Assembly: GCA_002348185.1 (NCBI GenBank)
Contig: DDYW01000063.1
Location: 3,336 to 43,599, forward strand
Length of the DNA stretch: 40,264 bases
Direction of reading: 5' to 3'
DNA from: Candidatus Hydrogenedentes bacterium UBA2224
GTDB lineage: Bacteria; Hydrogenedentota; Hydrogenedentia; Hydrogenedentales; SLHB01
Part shown: positions 18,339-28,383 of the stretch, in pieces
Layout of the letters: each line of letters begins with the position of its first letter
How positions within the stretch are numbered: the first letter of the stretch is position 1
Position numbers and translations under genes: made by a program
Notes under the pieces: generated by a model
Told to the model about the DNA's origin: nothing
Database searches by the model: none
The model's input: the letters and a program-made list of their open reading frames with translations, nothing else

Positions 18339-21300
18339 CTAGACCCTTCTGGCAATGTGCGGCCGCTTGACGAGTCCGGAAACGATCTCCACGATGTCCT
18401 CTGCGCGGAAAGGCTTCTGGATGAGACCGTCGCATCCGGAGGTCCTGGTGAGCGGATTCTTGGCGTCAATGGGTTTTGCCGTGACCATGTACACCTTGAT
18501 GCCGGCAAGGGCCGGGTCGGATTTGATGCTCTGGCAGGTCTCCCAGCCGTCCATGCCGGGCATGGCGATGTCAAGAAGAACCAGCGCGTACTCCCGCGAC
18601 CGCAGGCGGTTCAAGGCCTCCTCTCCCGACTCGCACTCGTCGATTTCGTACCCGTCGGCTTCCAGGCAGCGCCGCATGAAAATCAGGATATCGGGGTCGT
18701 CATCCACGCAGAGGATCTTTCCTCCCAGGAGGGATTCGGGCACGGCCGGCTGGCTCACGGCGTTGTGGATGCTGCTGAGCAGCGTGCTCTTTCGGAATTC
18801 GCGCTTGAGACGCGCCGAGACGAAGGGACGGTATTTCTCGAACAGATCCTCGTCGTTGGTTACCAGAACCATGGGCAGGGCCCGGATGGTGGCGTCCGCC
18901 AACAGGGAATCCAGAACCCGCTCGTTTTCTGCCGGGGTGTTCATATCGACGAGGATGCAATCGGGACTGTGGCGTCGCGCAAGCGCGACGGCGTGCGAGA
19001 CGTCGTTTGCCTGAATGAGGTTCACGCCCTCGGAGGTGATCGACGCGCGCACCTGATTGCTCAAATCGCTGTCCCGGGTCAGAAGCTCAACCAGGATTTC
19101 GGTGACGACGGGGCGGGCGGCCGCGCCGTCCGCGGAGCGCGCGACGGGCGTCTCTTTCGCGAGCTTTTTGAACGGCAACGTGAGACGGAAGGTGGTTCCC
19201 GTGCCCACTTCGCTGCTCACGGTGATCCGGCTGCCATGCAGCCGGACGATGTCCTGCGCGATGGACAATCCGATACCCGTGCCGCCGTATTTCCGGGTGG
19301 AGGAGCTGTCATACTGGTAGAATCGGGTGAAGATCTTGTCGAGCGCTTCCGGAGGGATCCCGATGCCGGTGTCGCTGACGGTGATCTCGATGTCCTCGGT
19401 TCCGGGCCGGAGGGCGATGGTCACGTTGCCGCCTTTGCGGTTGAACTTGACGCCGTTGGAGAGCAGGTTATTGAAGACCTGGCCGAGCTTGCTCTTGTCG
19501 CCCTCCACGAGGAGGGGTTCATCGGGGGCGGTGAGTACGAGGTCGACGCCGTGCGAGTCGGCCACCGGCTTCATGGTCTGAATGCTCGCCTTGACGCACT
19601 CAACGAGGTCGAACACGCTAAAGACGATGGTCTCGGCGCCGCGGTGCAGCCGGGAGAAGTCGAGGAGGTTCTCGATCAGGGTGACGAGCTTCTCGATGTT
19701 GCGCAGGCTGATGCCGAGGTATTCTTTCTGTGTCTCGGTGACCGGACCGGCCTTGCCGTTGTAAATCATATCGGTGTAGCCCATGACCGCCACGAGAGGC
19801 GTGCGCAGTTCGTGGGAGACGTTGGACAAGAGGTTGGTTTTCATCTCGTCGAGGGACTTGAGTTCCTCGTTCGCCGCGTGCAGTTTTTCCCGGGCGAGGG
19901 TGACGTCCTCGAGCGAGACCTGGAGGTTTTCGAGCAGGTTGGCGTTGCGGATAGCCACGGCCACGTGAGGCGCAACCTGTTCCAGCACCGCCGCGTCGTG
20001 TCTGCGGAACGCCTCGACGCGTTCGGAACCCAGATTGAGCGTGCCGATGATGCGTCCCGTGGCATACAGGGGCACGCACAGGCAGCTTCGCGTGCCGGGA
20101 ACGAATTCGGCATTGCTGAAGCGGACGTCGTCCCGGGTGAGGTCGGCGACCATGAGCCGCTGGCGTTCGCGTGCGACCCACGCGGCGCAGGAGGTTTCGT
20201 CGTGGACCGCGCCGGTTTCCAGCGCGATGGCCCGGGCTTCCGGCCAGAGCTGCCGGATCTCAAATGTTTCGCCGAGTTCGTCAAGGAGGGCCAGGCTGGC
20301 GAAATCGAAATCGATCAGCCGTTTGATCTCGACGACCAGGCTTTCGTAGAGGCGGCCCGCTTCGAGGCTGGAGTTGATGACGTTCGCGATCTGGCTGATC
20401 GCGCTGAGGCGTTCCGCCCGGTCGCGGGCTTCGCGTTCGAGGCGCACGCTCTTGGACAGGTCGCGGAAAATGCCCTCGTACCCGATCACGGTGTTGTCAT
20501 CGCCGTAGATGGTGTTCGCGGAGAGCTCGACAATGATGGCGCGCTCATCCCGGCGCCGCATCCAGAGCCGGCGCCGTTCGATGAATCCCTTCTGCTGGAG
20601 TTCGCTGGCGAGCTGGGTGAAATCGTCGGGGTTATAGAACATGCCGCTGATGTTGCGGCCGATGATTTCCTCGACGTTCTGGTGGCGGAAAATGTCGACG
20701 CCGGCGGGATTCATGAAGTCGAGGATCCACTGGGGATTGGTCTGGAAGACGCCGTCGCGCATCCAGGTGACCAGCCCGCGGTACTTCTCTTCCGAATCCT
20801 CCAGCTGCCCGATATTGCGTTTGAGCGCGAGGGCCATCTTGTTGAACGACTGGGCCAGCTCCTCGATTTCGTCGCCGGTGCCGATCTTCAGTTTGAGGTC
20901 CAGATCGCCCTGGCCGATGATCTGGGCGCCTTCGTTCAGGAGCGACAAGGGGCGCACGATGCTGTTGTGAATATTGAGGTAGGCGTTCAGACAGAGGATG
21001 GCGATGACCCCAACGCAGAAGACGATAGCGATGATTCCGGCCAGGTGGATGTTGCGGAGGGCCGTGGCCGCCGAGCGGTAGACCACGATGTAGAGGTCCA
21101 TGTCGTCAAACATCTGGGCATAGGCCAGAAAGACGTCTTCGGTCTGGTTTTCCCTGGATACGTAATCGGGTACGCGAAGGGTGCCGTAGCGGGGAAACTC
21201 CGGCCCCTGCAGGACCTTGGCGAGGGTGGCATCCGTCCGGCAGACATCGAGGTTCAGGGGGCCCTGCTCGCCCTCCTGCGCGATATAGGAGGTTCGGTGG

Positions 21301-22007
21301 TAGCCTTCGCTGGTGTAGATGACCTGATACACGGCGTGTTCGGCCTCATCGGCCGCCCCCGCGGGGTCGATTCCCATGGCGAACAGGAGCAGGGGCGTGA
21401 TGTCGAGGATCTGTGAAACGAAACCGACGAGGCCGTCCCGCTCGCCAGGGTTCAGGTAGACCGGCGCAACGCTTTCCGCCGCATAGGCGCTGGCAATTTC
21501 GTCGATGTCGAGGAATCGCGGCTTGGAAATCCCGCTGTCTTTCCATTTCTGCGGGCCGTTGTCCTCGCTCGTGATGGTGTGCAACTCCTCGTGGGTGCTC
21601 GCGATGAGACGGCCATCGGCGTCGTACAGGCTGAGGATGGTAGGCACCCCGGGGGTGCTCAGCATCATGGTGATCTGGCTGTTGAGGTGTTCGCGCAGTT
21701 GTTCGCGCTGGGCCGGATCCTGAAGGGCGGCAGGCTCGCCGCGGTCGCCGGGCTGCACGGCGGCCAGGACTTTCGGGTCTTTCGAGAGGGCATCCAGCTT
21801 CTGGAGGTGGGGGGCAGCCGCGATCCGGAGTCCATCGGCGGTTTTACGCGCGGCGGTAAGCAGGGATTGCTCTACGGCATTCCCCTGCCCTTCGCGCGCC
21901 GTGATGTACCCGACAATCACGGCAATGATCAGGGGAAGGATCGCAACCTGCAGGATGGTATTGAGGATCTTGCGTTCGATTCCCCGGCGCGGGCCAGAAG
22001 CGCTCAT
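18339..22007 (-). CDS. Hybrid sensor histidine kinase (extracytoplasmic sensor-HAMP-PAS-GAF-HisKA-HATPase-degenerate REC-REC)
   Basis: Two TM helices, HAMP (GDEIEELAQSFNKM), PAS (FMNPAG), GAF (LCVPL...IGTLNL), SHELRTPL, NLLSNGVKFN, DTGIGI, GGTGIGL, terminal REC (VDDD...LLDIAMPGMDG...KPF). Confidence 0.93.
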   Translation of the reverse strand: MSASGPRRGIERKILNTILQVAILPLIIAVIVGYITAREGQGNAVEQSLLTAARKTADGLRIAAAPHLQKLDALSKDPKVLAAVQPGDRGEPAALQDPAQREQLREHLNSQITMMLSTPGVPTILSLYDADGRLIASTHEELHTITSEDNGPQKWKDSGISKPRFLDIDEIASAYAAESVAPVYLNPGERDGLVGFVSQILDITPLLLFAMGIDPAGAADEAEHAVYQVIYTSEGYHRTSYIAQEGEQGPLNLDVCRTDATLAKVLQGPEFPRYGTLRVPDYVSRENQTEDVFLAYAQMFDDMDLYIVVYRSAATALRNIHLAGIIAIVFCVGVIAILCLNAYLNIHNSIVRPLSLLNEGAQIIGQGDLDLKLKIGTGDEIEELAQSFNKMALALKRNIGQLEDSEEKYRGLVTWMRDGVFQTNPQWILDFMNPAGVDIFRHQNVEEIIGRNISGMFYNPDDFTQLASELQQKGFIERRRLWMRRRDERAIIVELSANTIYGDDNTVIGYEGIFRDLSKSVRLEREARDRAERLSAISQIANVINSSLEAGRLYESLVVEIKRLIDFDFASLALLDELGETFEIRQLWPEARAIALETGAVHDETSCAAWVARERQRLMVADLTRDDVRFSNAEFVPGTRSCLCVPLYATGRIIGTLNLGSERVEAFRRHDAAVLEQVAPHVAVAIRNANLLENLQVSLEDVTLAREKLHAANEELKSLDEMKTNLLSNVSHELRTPLVAVMGYTDMIYNGKAGPVTETQKEYLGISLRNIEKLVTLIENLLDFSRLHRGAETIVFSVFDLVECVKASIQTMKPVADSHGVDLVLTAPDEPLLVEGDKSKLGQVFNNLLSNGVKFNRKGGNVTIALRPGTEDIEITVSDTGIGIPPEALDKIFTRFYQYDSSSTRKYGGTGIGLSIAQDIVRLHGSRITVSSEVGTGTTFRLTLPFKKLAKETPVARSADGAAARPVVTEILVELLTRDSDLSNQVRASITSEGVNLIQANDVSHAVALARRHSPDCILVDMNTPAENERVLDSLLADATIRALPMVLVTNDEDLFEKYRPFVSARLKREFRKSTLLSSIHNAVSQPAVPESLLGGKILCVDDDPDILIFMRRCLEADGYEIDECESGEEALNRLRSREYALVLLDIAMPGMDGWETCQSIKSDPALAGIKVYMVTAKPIDAKNPLTRTSGCDGLIQKPFRAEDIVEIVSGLVKRPHIARRV

Positions 22008-22028
22008 GATATCTCCGGGCTGCGGAGC

Positions 22029-22613
22029 TTATTCGACAGTGCGACCGCGGCCTATCAGCTCGCGGACTTTCTCCAGAAGCTGATCGACTCTAAAGGGCTT
22101 GGCCAGATACTCGTCCGCTCCGCACTCGAAAATCCGCTCTATGTCTTGTTCTTTAGTGAGGCACGTCACCGCCATAATCGGGATACTGCGCGTCAGCTCA
22201 TTATTGCGCAACGCCTTCGATACCTCAAATCCGTTGATTTCCGGCATCAGGAAATCGAGCAGGATCAGGTCAGGCGAGAGCTGGGCAGCGCGCAGGCCGA
22301 CTTCGGTCGCGTTGCTGACCTTGATCAGCTCGAACCCTTCATCCAGGAGGATGTTCTCCATCAGGGCGAGCGCGTCGGGTTCGTCATCCACGATCATGAC
22401 GCGTTTCTTCATGGGGCCCTTGTCGCGCGGAAACATGTCGTATTTTTCGCGAAAGCTGTCGAGGTCTTCTTCGAGGATTCGGTAGTGGCCGCCGGGGGTG
22501 CGGGAGGCTTTGATCAAGCCTTGCTTGATCCAGTTCTTTATGCTGTGGTGGGTTACATGGCAGATTTTTGCGGCTTCGAAAGTGGTGAAAGCCTTTTGTT
22601 CGTGGTCGCTCAC
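22029..22613 (-). CDS. Response regulator: N-terminal MerR/excisionase-like HTH, C-terminal REC
   Basis: FTTFEAAKICHV...IKNWIKQGLIKASRTPGGHYRI, then IVDDE, ILLDFLMPEING, AVT, AKPF. Confidence 0.9.
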   Translation of the reverse strand: MSDHEQKAFTTFEAAKICHVTHHSIKNWIKQGLIKASRTPGGHYRILEEDLDSFREKYDMFPRDKGPMKKRVMIVDDEPDALALMENILLDEGFELIKVSNATEVGLRAAQLSPDLILLDFLMPEINGFEVSKALRNNELTRSIPIMAVTCLTKEQDIERIFECGADEYLAKPFRVDQLLEKVRELIGRGRTVE

Positions 22614-22699
22614 GAGATACTAGCCTCCAGGTGTAAAGAGAATGTTCACCGGCACGACACGATGGCGTTCGGAATTAGCAGTATACTCACTATATGGAA

Positions 22700-22728
22700 A
22701 GTATAGCTTCGGGGGGGCACTTTGTCAA
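22700..22728 (-). promoter_or_regulatory. Near-consensus sigma70 promoter for the regulator-kinase-ABC operon
   Basis: TTGACA (22723-22728), 17-nt spacer, TATACT (22700-22705) on the minus strand. Confidence 0.75.
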
Positions 22729-22814
22729 ATTCAAGGAGTGCTCAGTGCTAGCGGATATCCCGTTTTTCCCCGTTTTCGTCAGGAGACTTTCGGGCATGTT
22801 CCCCGGCTGCCTGG

Positions 22815-24419
22815 TTAGTGCAGTAACGACAGGGCCTGGCGGACCGCCTGGGCTTCCTGGCTCCCCATTCCGGTGGCCAGCAGTTCGATTTGCCAGGGGT
22901 ACAGGGCCGTCGCCATCCGAAAAACGATCGCCCACAGAGAAAAGACGCACAGGAAGAGGCCCAGGGTAACCCCGAGGAAACGCCGTGTCATGGCGGCGTA
23001 CGCGCGGCGGAAACGCACGTTGGCCGCGGCCAGGCGTTCGCTGGAGGCGTGCGCGCCGAACCCGTCCTCCTCCGCGGCGATTCGAGGGCTTTTGAGCAGC
23101 AGCCAGGGGTAGACGAATGCGGTGATGGCTGTAGCCGCCAGGAGAACCGTCCAGAGCATGCGCAGCGCGGGCACGGCGTCCTTGACGGTAGCCTGCTGGA
23201 CGATGGGCGCGCACGCGAGGAATGTGCCGAGCACCAGGGCGCACGCCGCCATGATCAGGAGGCCTTTCCGGCCGTGGGGAATGGTCCAGTCGTTCCGGGT
23301 GGCGCCGAACAGGCGCGCTGTCAGCGCGGCGATGCCGCAAAAGGCGCTCAATGCGAGAATGGCGAAAAACGGCGCCGTAAGGCAGGCGAATTCCCGGGCG
23401 TTGGTGTCCCGTTCGATGATGGGCTGCCGCGCGTTCTCAAAGTCCCGCAGCGACGCGAGCGCGTTCTCCAGTTCCTGTTCGCGCTGTTTTAGTGCGTCGT
23501 CGGACGGCCCGGATTCGGTTTCCAGGATCTTCTGGCGCAGCCGCACCGCCCGCAACTGGAGGTCGAGACCCACCATAGCCTGCGAGGCGCTGCCCGCGCC
23601 CGAATCGCCCTCGGAGTCGGTGAGGAGCGCGCTGCGGGCTAGCTTGTCCCCGGCCCGTTCCAGGGTCTGCAGCCAGGAATCCCAGTACTGGGTGTGTTTT
23701 TCCTGAATCTGCCGCGCGGCGACTCCCATGATGTAGTCACGGTACTGGGCGATGGGCGCGACGCACTCCTCGATGGCTTCGCGGCGCAACTGGGCATATT
23801 GCCGGCCCTGTGGCGGCAGTTTGGGGTGCCAGAGGGGACGGGGCAAGGCGATCTGTTTGCCGCTGCTGTTGGCTTGAGCGAAGAGTTTCAGGGATTCCCG
23901 GAGAATATTGGGCTCTTCGTGGAGGGTCCACGGGATGGTGGTGGCCTCGAGGTAGCGCGGCAGGGCGTTGTCCGGGGCATACTGGGCCGCGTCACGGAAC
24001 CGGTCGCGCGCCTGCTCGAATTGCCCCGCCATAAACAGCCGGCAGCCGTAGCGCAGGGCGAGCGTGGCGTTTCCCGGATCCAGTTCGAAGGCCTGCTTGT
24101 AGGCAGGGAGCACCTCGTCCTCGAGTTCGCGTTCGGCCAGGGCCTGCACATATCGGGGATTGGGAGATTCGCTGGCCGCTTTGTCGCGCAGGACAGCCTG
24201 GCGCAGGAGCGGGCGCGCGGATTCCTTGTGTTTGGTGAGGGCGCTCAAATAGAGGTTCTCGGCGCGCTCGTATCCGATGAAATACTCGGAAATCCACAGG
24301 ACGGACATCAGCATCACACATGCAACGACGCAGCACCGGAACGACCAGCGCGTTCGGCGCGCGCCGATGAGATCGCCGGAGTCGCCATAGGCGGAGAATT
24401 GCGGAGGGGCCTCTTTCAC
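22815..24419 (-). CDS. Membrane protein with TPR-like extracytoplasmic domain, function unknown
   Basis: N-terminal TM helix, TPR-like helices (YKQAFELDPGNA...YG..L...GQFEQARDRF..A....PDNA), ~4 C-terminal TM helices. GTGA overlap with the pgi stop. Confidence 0.7.
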   Translation of the reverse strand: MKEAPPQFSAYGDSGDLIGARRTRWSFRCCVVACVMLMSVLWISEYFIGYERAENLYLSALTKHKESARPLLRQAVLRDKAASESPNPRYVQALAERELEDEVLPAYKQAFELDPGNATLALRYGCRLFMAGQFEQARDRFRDAAQYAPDNALPRYLEATTIPWTLHEEPNILRESLKLFAQANSSGKQIALPRPLWHPKLPPQGRQYAQLRREAIEECVAPIAQYRDYIMGVAARQIQEKHTQYWDSWLQTLERAGDKLARSALLTDSEGDSGAGSASQAMVGLDLQLRAVRLRQKILETESGPSDDALKQREQELENALASLRDFENARQPIIERDTNAREFACLTAPFFAILALSAFCGIAALTARLFGATRNDWTIPHGRKGLLIMAACALVLGTFLACAPIVQQATVKDAVPALRMLWTVLLAATAITAFVYPWLLLKSPRIAAEEDGFGAHASSERLAAANVRFRRAYAAMTRRFLGVTLGLFLCVFSLWAIVFRMATALYPWQIELLATGMGSQEAQAVRQALSLLH

Positions 24420-25783
24420 CCTTCTCCTCCCATGAGTTTTCGGGCGATTTTCTTGCCCTCCTCGACGCCGGGCTGGTCGAAGGTGTTGACGTTGTAGAGA
24501 CGGCCGGCCATGGCGGTTTCCACCTCGAGGAGGTAGAGCACCTGGGCGACCGTGTGCGCGTTGATCTGGGGCAGGATAATGCGCGAGACGGGACGCTGGC
24601 TCAGTCTGAGTGCGTCGAGCGTGCCCTGAAGCTCGGCCGCCATGAGTTTGTTCATGCTGGCGCCGCGCAGGTACTCCAACTGCGCGATGGACGTCAGGGT
24701 CGGGGGAATCCGGAGGGTCCGGGCGAATTTCCGGGTCTCGAGGGTATTGATGAGCTTGTCGTTCGGGCCTTCACGGTAGAGCTGGATCTGCGAATGCTGG
24801 TCCGTTGCCCCGAGCGCCTTGACGGGTGTCTGCCCGGCGAACACTTCCTCTCCATCGAGGCTGTAGCGTTTACCCAGGCTCTCGGCCCACAATTGGCGGT
24901 ACCAGTCGGCGATGCTGTAGAGCCCGTTGGCGTAGGCCAGCATGACGGAGATGCTTTTGCCCTTGTTCACGTCGGCCAGGTACTGGATGGCCGCGCGAAG
25001 GTAGGCGGGGTTGGATTTGAGATCGGCGTCCGCGCAGCGCTGGTCCATCGCGGCACAGCCGTTCCGAATCGCGTCGAGGTCCATGCCGAGCATGGCGGCG
25101 GGAAACATGCCCACGGGCGAAAAGACGGAGAACCGTCCGCCGACATTGAGGGGCACGGCAAACTCCGTGAGGCCGTATTCGTCCGCCACGGGGTGGAGCA
25201 GGCTGGGCGGAGCATCGGAACGGCGCGGGTTCGTCGTGACGACCACGTGGTCTTTCATGGCCCCGCTCCCGAGCTTCTTCTCGATGGCATCGACGACGAT
25301 CATGAGCTGGCTCATGGTTTCGGCGGTGCCGCCCGACTTCGAAATGACGTTGTAAAGCGTCTTCTTCGGGGGGCAGATGCGCATCATCTCGCGGAACACC
25401 GTCGGATCGATGTTGTCCATGACAAACAGGCGCGGGGCGCCTTTCCTGCCGCCCTTGCTCAGCAGGTTGTGGTACGGCGAGAGCAGGGCCGCGCCGAGCG
25501 CGATCGTGCCCAGGGAAGAGCCGCCAATGCCCAGCACGACAAGATTATCGTACCCTTTTTGGGCGAACCGGGCCGCGGCAGCCTTGACGTCGTCGAAGAC
25601 GCCGGATTGTTTGTAGAGGTCCCAGAATCCGTATTGGCCTTCGGCGCGCTCGCGCTGGAGGATGGCATGCGCGTCGGAGACCCGGGGCTGGAGCTTGTCG
25701 AGTTCCGCGCGGGTGATCCCATGCTCGCGTCCGACCGCGGCGTCCCGGGCCCGTGAAACGTCGATGCGAATATCGAGGTTCAT
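24416..25783 (-). CDS. pgi: Glucose-6-phosphate isomerase
   Basis: LGIGGSSLG, ISKSGGTAET, VGGRFSV, QLWAESLGK, GATDQHS, FDQPGVEEGK. ATG 25783 overlaps the DinG stop (ATGA). Confidence 0.95.
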   Translation of the reverse strand: MNLDIRIDVSRARDAAVGREHGITRAELDKLQPRVSDAHAILQRERAEGQYGFWDLYKQSGVFDDVKAAAARFAQKGYDNLVVLGIGGSSLGTIALGAALLSPYHNLLSKGGRKGAPRLFVMDNIDPTVFREMMRICPPKKTLYNVISKSGGTAETMSQLMIVVDAIEKKLGSGAMKDHVVVTTNPRRSDAPPSLLHPVADEYGLTEFAVPLNVGGRFSVFSPVGMFPAAMLGMDLDAIRNGCAAMDQRCADADLKSNPAYLRAAIQYLADVNKGKSISVMLAYANGLYSIADWYRQLWAESLGKRYSLDGEEVFAGQTPVKALGATDQHSQIQLYREGPNDKLINTLETRKFARTLRIPPTLTSIAQLEYLRGASMNKLMAAELQGTLDALRLSQRPVSRIILPQINAHTVAQVLYLLEVETAMAGRLYNVNTFDQPGVEEGKKIARKLMGGEG

Positions 25784-28383
25784 GTTTTTCCCCTGCGTTC
25801 CCCGAAGAATGTTTCGAGTGACGGTAACAGGACCTCCCGCGGCCCCTTGACGCGGTGCAGTTCCGGCAGGGACCGCAGAAAGACCTTCCCATAGTGTTTC
25901 GTGAGAATGCGGCGATCCAGAATGACTACCGCGCCCCGGTCGGTCTTCCGCCGGATGAGGCGTCCGAACCCCTGGCGGAACTTGACCACGGCCTGGGGCA
26001 CCGTATACTCCATGAACGAACTGCCGCCCGCCGCTTCGATGGCCTCGGCGCGGGCCTCGAGGATGGGCTCCGTGGGCACCCGAAACGGCAATTTTGGCAG
26101 TATAACACACTGCAAAGCGTCGCCCGCAACGTCCACGCCCTCCCAGAAACTGTCCGTGCCGAACAAGACGCTGGAGGCATCGCTGCGGAAGCGTTCGAGG
26201 AGATGCGTGCGGGCCGCACTCCCCTGCTTCAGCGGCGTGATGCCCCGCGCGCTCAGGTCGTCCTGGAGCCGCCGGAACACGTAATCCAGAGCGTAAAACG
26301 ACGTGAACAGGACAAACGCGTGACCGTGCGTAATCTGGAGAATGGACCGCACGTACTCCACCACCTCGGGCAGAAAGTCCTTCGAATCGGGCGTGGGGAT
26401 GTCGGTGGGGATGCCCAGCATCGCCTGGGTGGCGTAGTCGAACGGCGAATCGAGGGCCTCCGCGGCAATTTCCCGCGATGTGACGGTGTCCAGGCCGATT
26501 CTACCGAAGAGGTAGTCAAACGTGTGATCGACAGTGAGGGTTGCGGAGGTCATCACGACGCTCTTCAGGTTGCCGTAGACCCATTCGGAGAGTTCCGGGC
26601 CCACGTGCAGAGGGCAGCGCGCCACGCGTACGATCCGGTCGTTGCGCGCGTCGATTTCGATCCAGCGCACGGTGTTAGGCTGGAGTTCGTCGCTGGTGCC
26701 CTCCGCCAGGACGTTCGCAAGTCGCGTCATCCGGTCGCGGTATCCGGCAAGTTGCAGGACTTCGGCGGCAATGGGAGATTCGTCCTGCTTCTCCTGCAGG
26801 TTCAGGTTGAGCAGGTCCTTGTGAAGCTGGGTGCAATGCTGGGCGCAACCGCGAAGCTCCTCGGTGGCCGGCAGGACGCAGGTGGTATGGATTTCGCGCA
26901 ACTGGGGGTCTTGCAGGGCTTCTTCGGTCAGGCGCCATTTGATGTCCCGCCCGATCTGGCCGCATTTCTCGGCGGCGAGGGCCCGCAGGGCGTCGAATGC
27001 CACCGTGAGCGCTTCCCGGGCGGCGGCGAGGCTGGGCAGCAAAGCGTCGTCTATGATGTTCATGACCCCGTCGAACTGCGTCATGGGCACTCCGGACGTG
27101 TGCTTCACCAGCTTCACCTTCAGGAAGGGGATGAGCCCGCGTTCCCGGCCCCGCTCGGTGCGTACGAAACGTCCGAGCAGGCGCAGGGCCCCGAGACGTG
27201 TGGCGTCCGCGCCGAAATACTCGGTGGCCGAGTCTTCGATGTTGTGTGCTTCGTCAAAGATGACGCGGCGGTACGCCGGGAGGACCGCCAGCGACGAGAA
27301 ATTGCCGACCTCCTTCTTGATCGCCAGGTCGGCGAAGAGCATGTGATGATTGACGACGATCAGGTCCGCCTTGACGACCTCCCGGCGCGCTTTGCCGATG
27401 AAACAGTTCTTTTGATTGGGGCAGTTGATGGACTGGCAGGTATCGGCTTCCGAGCACACCTGTTCCCAGAGCTCGTAGCCGGGCACGAACGACAGGTCCG
27501 ACAGGGTGCCGTCTTCGGTTTTCCGGGCCCATTCCGCGATGGCCTTGAGCTGCTCCTGGTCCTCGTCGTCCTCAAACAAGGTGGCCTCGGCCAGGGCGCG
27601 TTCCAGACGCCGCGGGCAGAGGTAGTTGTTTCGCCCCTTCACCAGGACGGCCTTCACCGGCGTGTCGAGACACGCTGCGATGTCGGGGATGTCCTTCTGC
27701 ATGATCTGTTCCTGCAGATTGATGGTGCGGGTCGAGATGACCAGACGCTCACGGTTGCGGATGGCCCATTGCGCCGCCGGGAGCAGGTAGGCGATGGTCT
27801 TTCCCACCCCCGTGGGCGCTTCGACAACGGCGATGCCCTGTTCGTTGAAGGCCTGCGCCACCAGCGCCATCATCCTGGCCTGCTGCGGGCGCACCTCGTA
27901 ATGCGGCAGCGTCCGGCCCAATGCGCTGGCCGGAGACAGGGCCTTCTCAAGCTCCGCGACATCCAGCGGGCTGACCGCGTGCTCGCGCGCCGGTTCTACA
28001 ACGACGTATGTGCGGGAAACGGGATTGTCGACGATGTAGACGCCCAGACCATGAAATCCGAACAGACTGGACAATTCGAGGTCGGCTTCGGACGGGGCGA
28101 TGTCCCCCGAAGGGTGATTATGAAGCACCACGTCGGCGTTCGAGGCCAATTCGACAAAGGCCGGCACGGCGGCGCCGTGGCCGCGCGCACAGATCCGCAC
28201 CTCACAGACCAGGCCGGCCTCGTTGACGCGGCCCGCGAAAAAGACCTCTCTTCCGCCAACCTCATCAATCGCGTCGCGTATGCTTGCCGCCGCGCCGGCC
28301 GTAATGCGCGCGGCTGCGTCCTGGCCAATCGTGCTCAAACTGATACTCCGGGAAAAGCGCCGTTCCGCGGCGCGGTGGAACAT
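25780..28383 (-). CDS. DinG/YoaA-family Fe-S helicase with an N-terminal JAB/MPN (RadC-like) domain
   Basis: Q motif RPQQ, EAPTGVGKT, KGRNNYLC plus a CxxxxxCxxxxCxxxxxC cluster, FDEAH, TSATL, SFWEGVD, QGFGRLIR. N-terminal E...HNHPSGDIAPSEAD. Confidence 0.9.
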   Translation of the reverse strand: MFHRAAERRFSRSISLSTIGQDAAARITAGAAASIRDAIDEVGGREVFFAGRVNEAGLVCEVRICARGHGAAVPAFVELASNADVVLHNHPSGDIAPSEADLELSSLFGFHGLGVYIVDNPVSRTYVVVEPAREHAVSPLDVAELEKALSPASALGRTLPHYEVRPQQARMMALVAQAFNEQGIAVVEAPTGVGKTIAYLLPAAQWAIRNRERLVISTRTINLQEQIMQKDIPDIAACLDTPVKAVLVKGRNNYLCPRRLERALAEATLFEDDEDQEQLKAIAEWARKTEDGTLSDLSFVPGYELWEQVCSEADTCQSINCPNQKNCFIGKARREVVKADLIVVNHHMLFADLAIKKEVGNFSSLAVLPAYRRVIFDEAHNIEDSATEYFGADATRLGALRLLGRFVRTERGRERGLIPFLKVKLVKHTSGVPMTQFDGVMNIIDDALLPSLAAAREALTVAFDALRALAAEKCGQIGRDIKWRLTEEALQDPQLREIHTTCVLPATEELRGCAQHCTQLHKDLLNLNLQEKQDESPIAAEVLQLAGYRDRMTRLANVLAEGTSDELQPNTVRWIEIDARNDRIVRVARCPLHVGPELSEWVYGNLKSVVMTSATLTVDHTFDYLFGRIGLDTVTSREIAAEALDSPFDYATQAMLGIPTDIPTPDSKDFLPEVVEYVRSILQITHGHAFVLFTSFYALDYVFRRLQDDLSARGITPLKQGSAARTHLLERFRSDASSVLFGTDSFWEGVDVAGDALQCVILPKLPFRVPTEPILEARAEAIEAAGGSSFMEYTVPQAVVKFRQGFGRLIRRKTDRGAVVILDRRILTKHYGKVFLRSLPELHRVKGPREVLLPSLETFFGERRGKT

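Noticed and set aside
16785-21416. 1543-aa plus-strand ORF
   Set aside because: It lies antisense to the kinase and ABC genes and has no recognisable motifs. Long stop-free antisense frames are common in high-GC coding DNA.
25784-26110. Extended N-termini in the ORF track (pgi from 26110; also pckG 12353, 14449, sulfatase 35109, folM 33559, folB 32820, 35995, 38090, 6699)
   Set aside because: They overlap neighbouring genes or promoters. Downstream starts have an RBS, stop/start coupling or a signal peptide, and match the family N-terminus.
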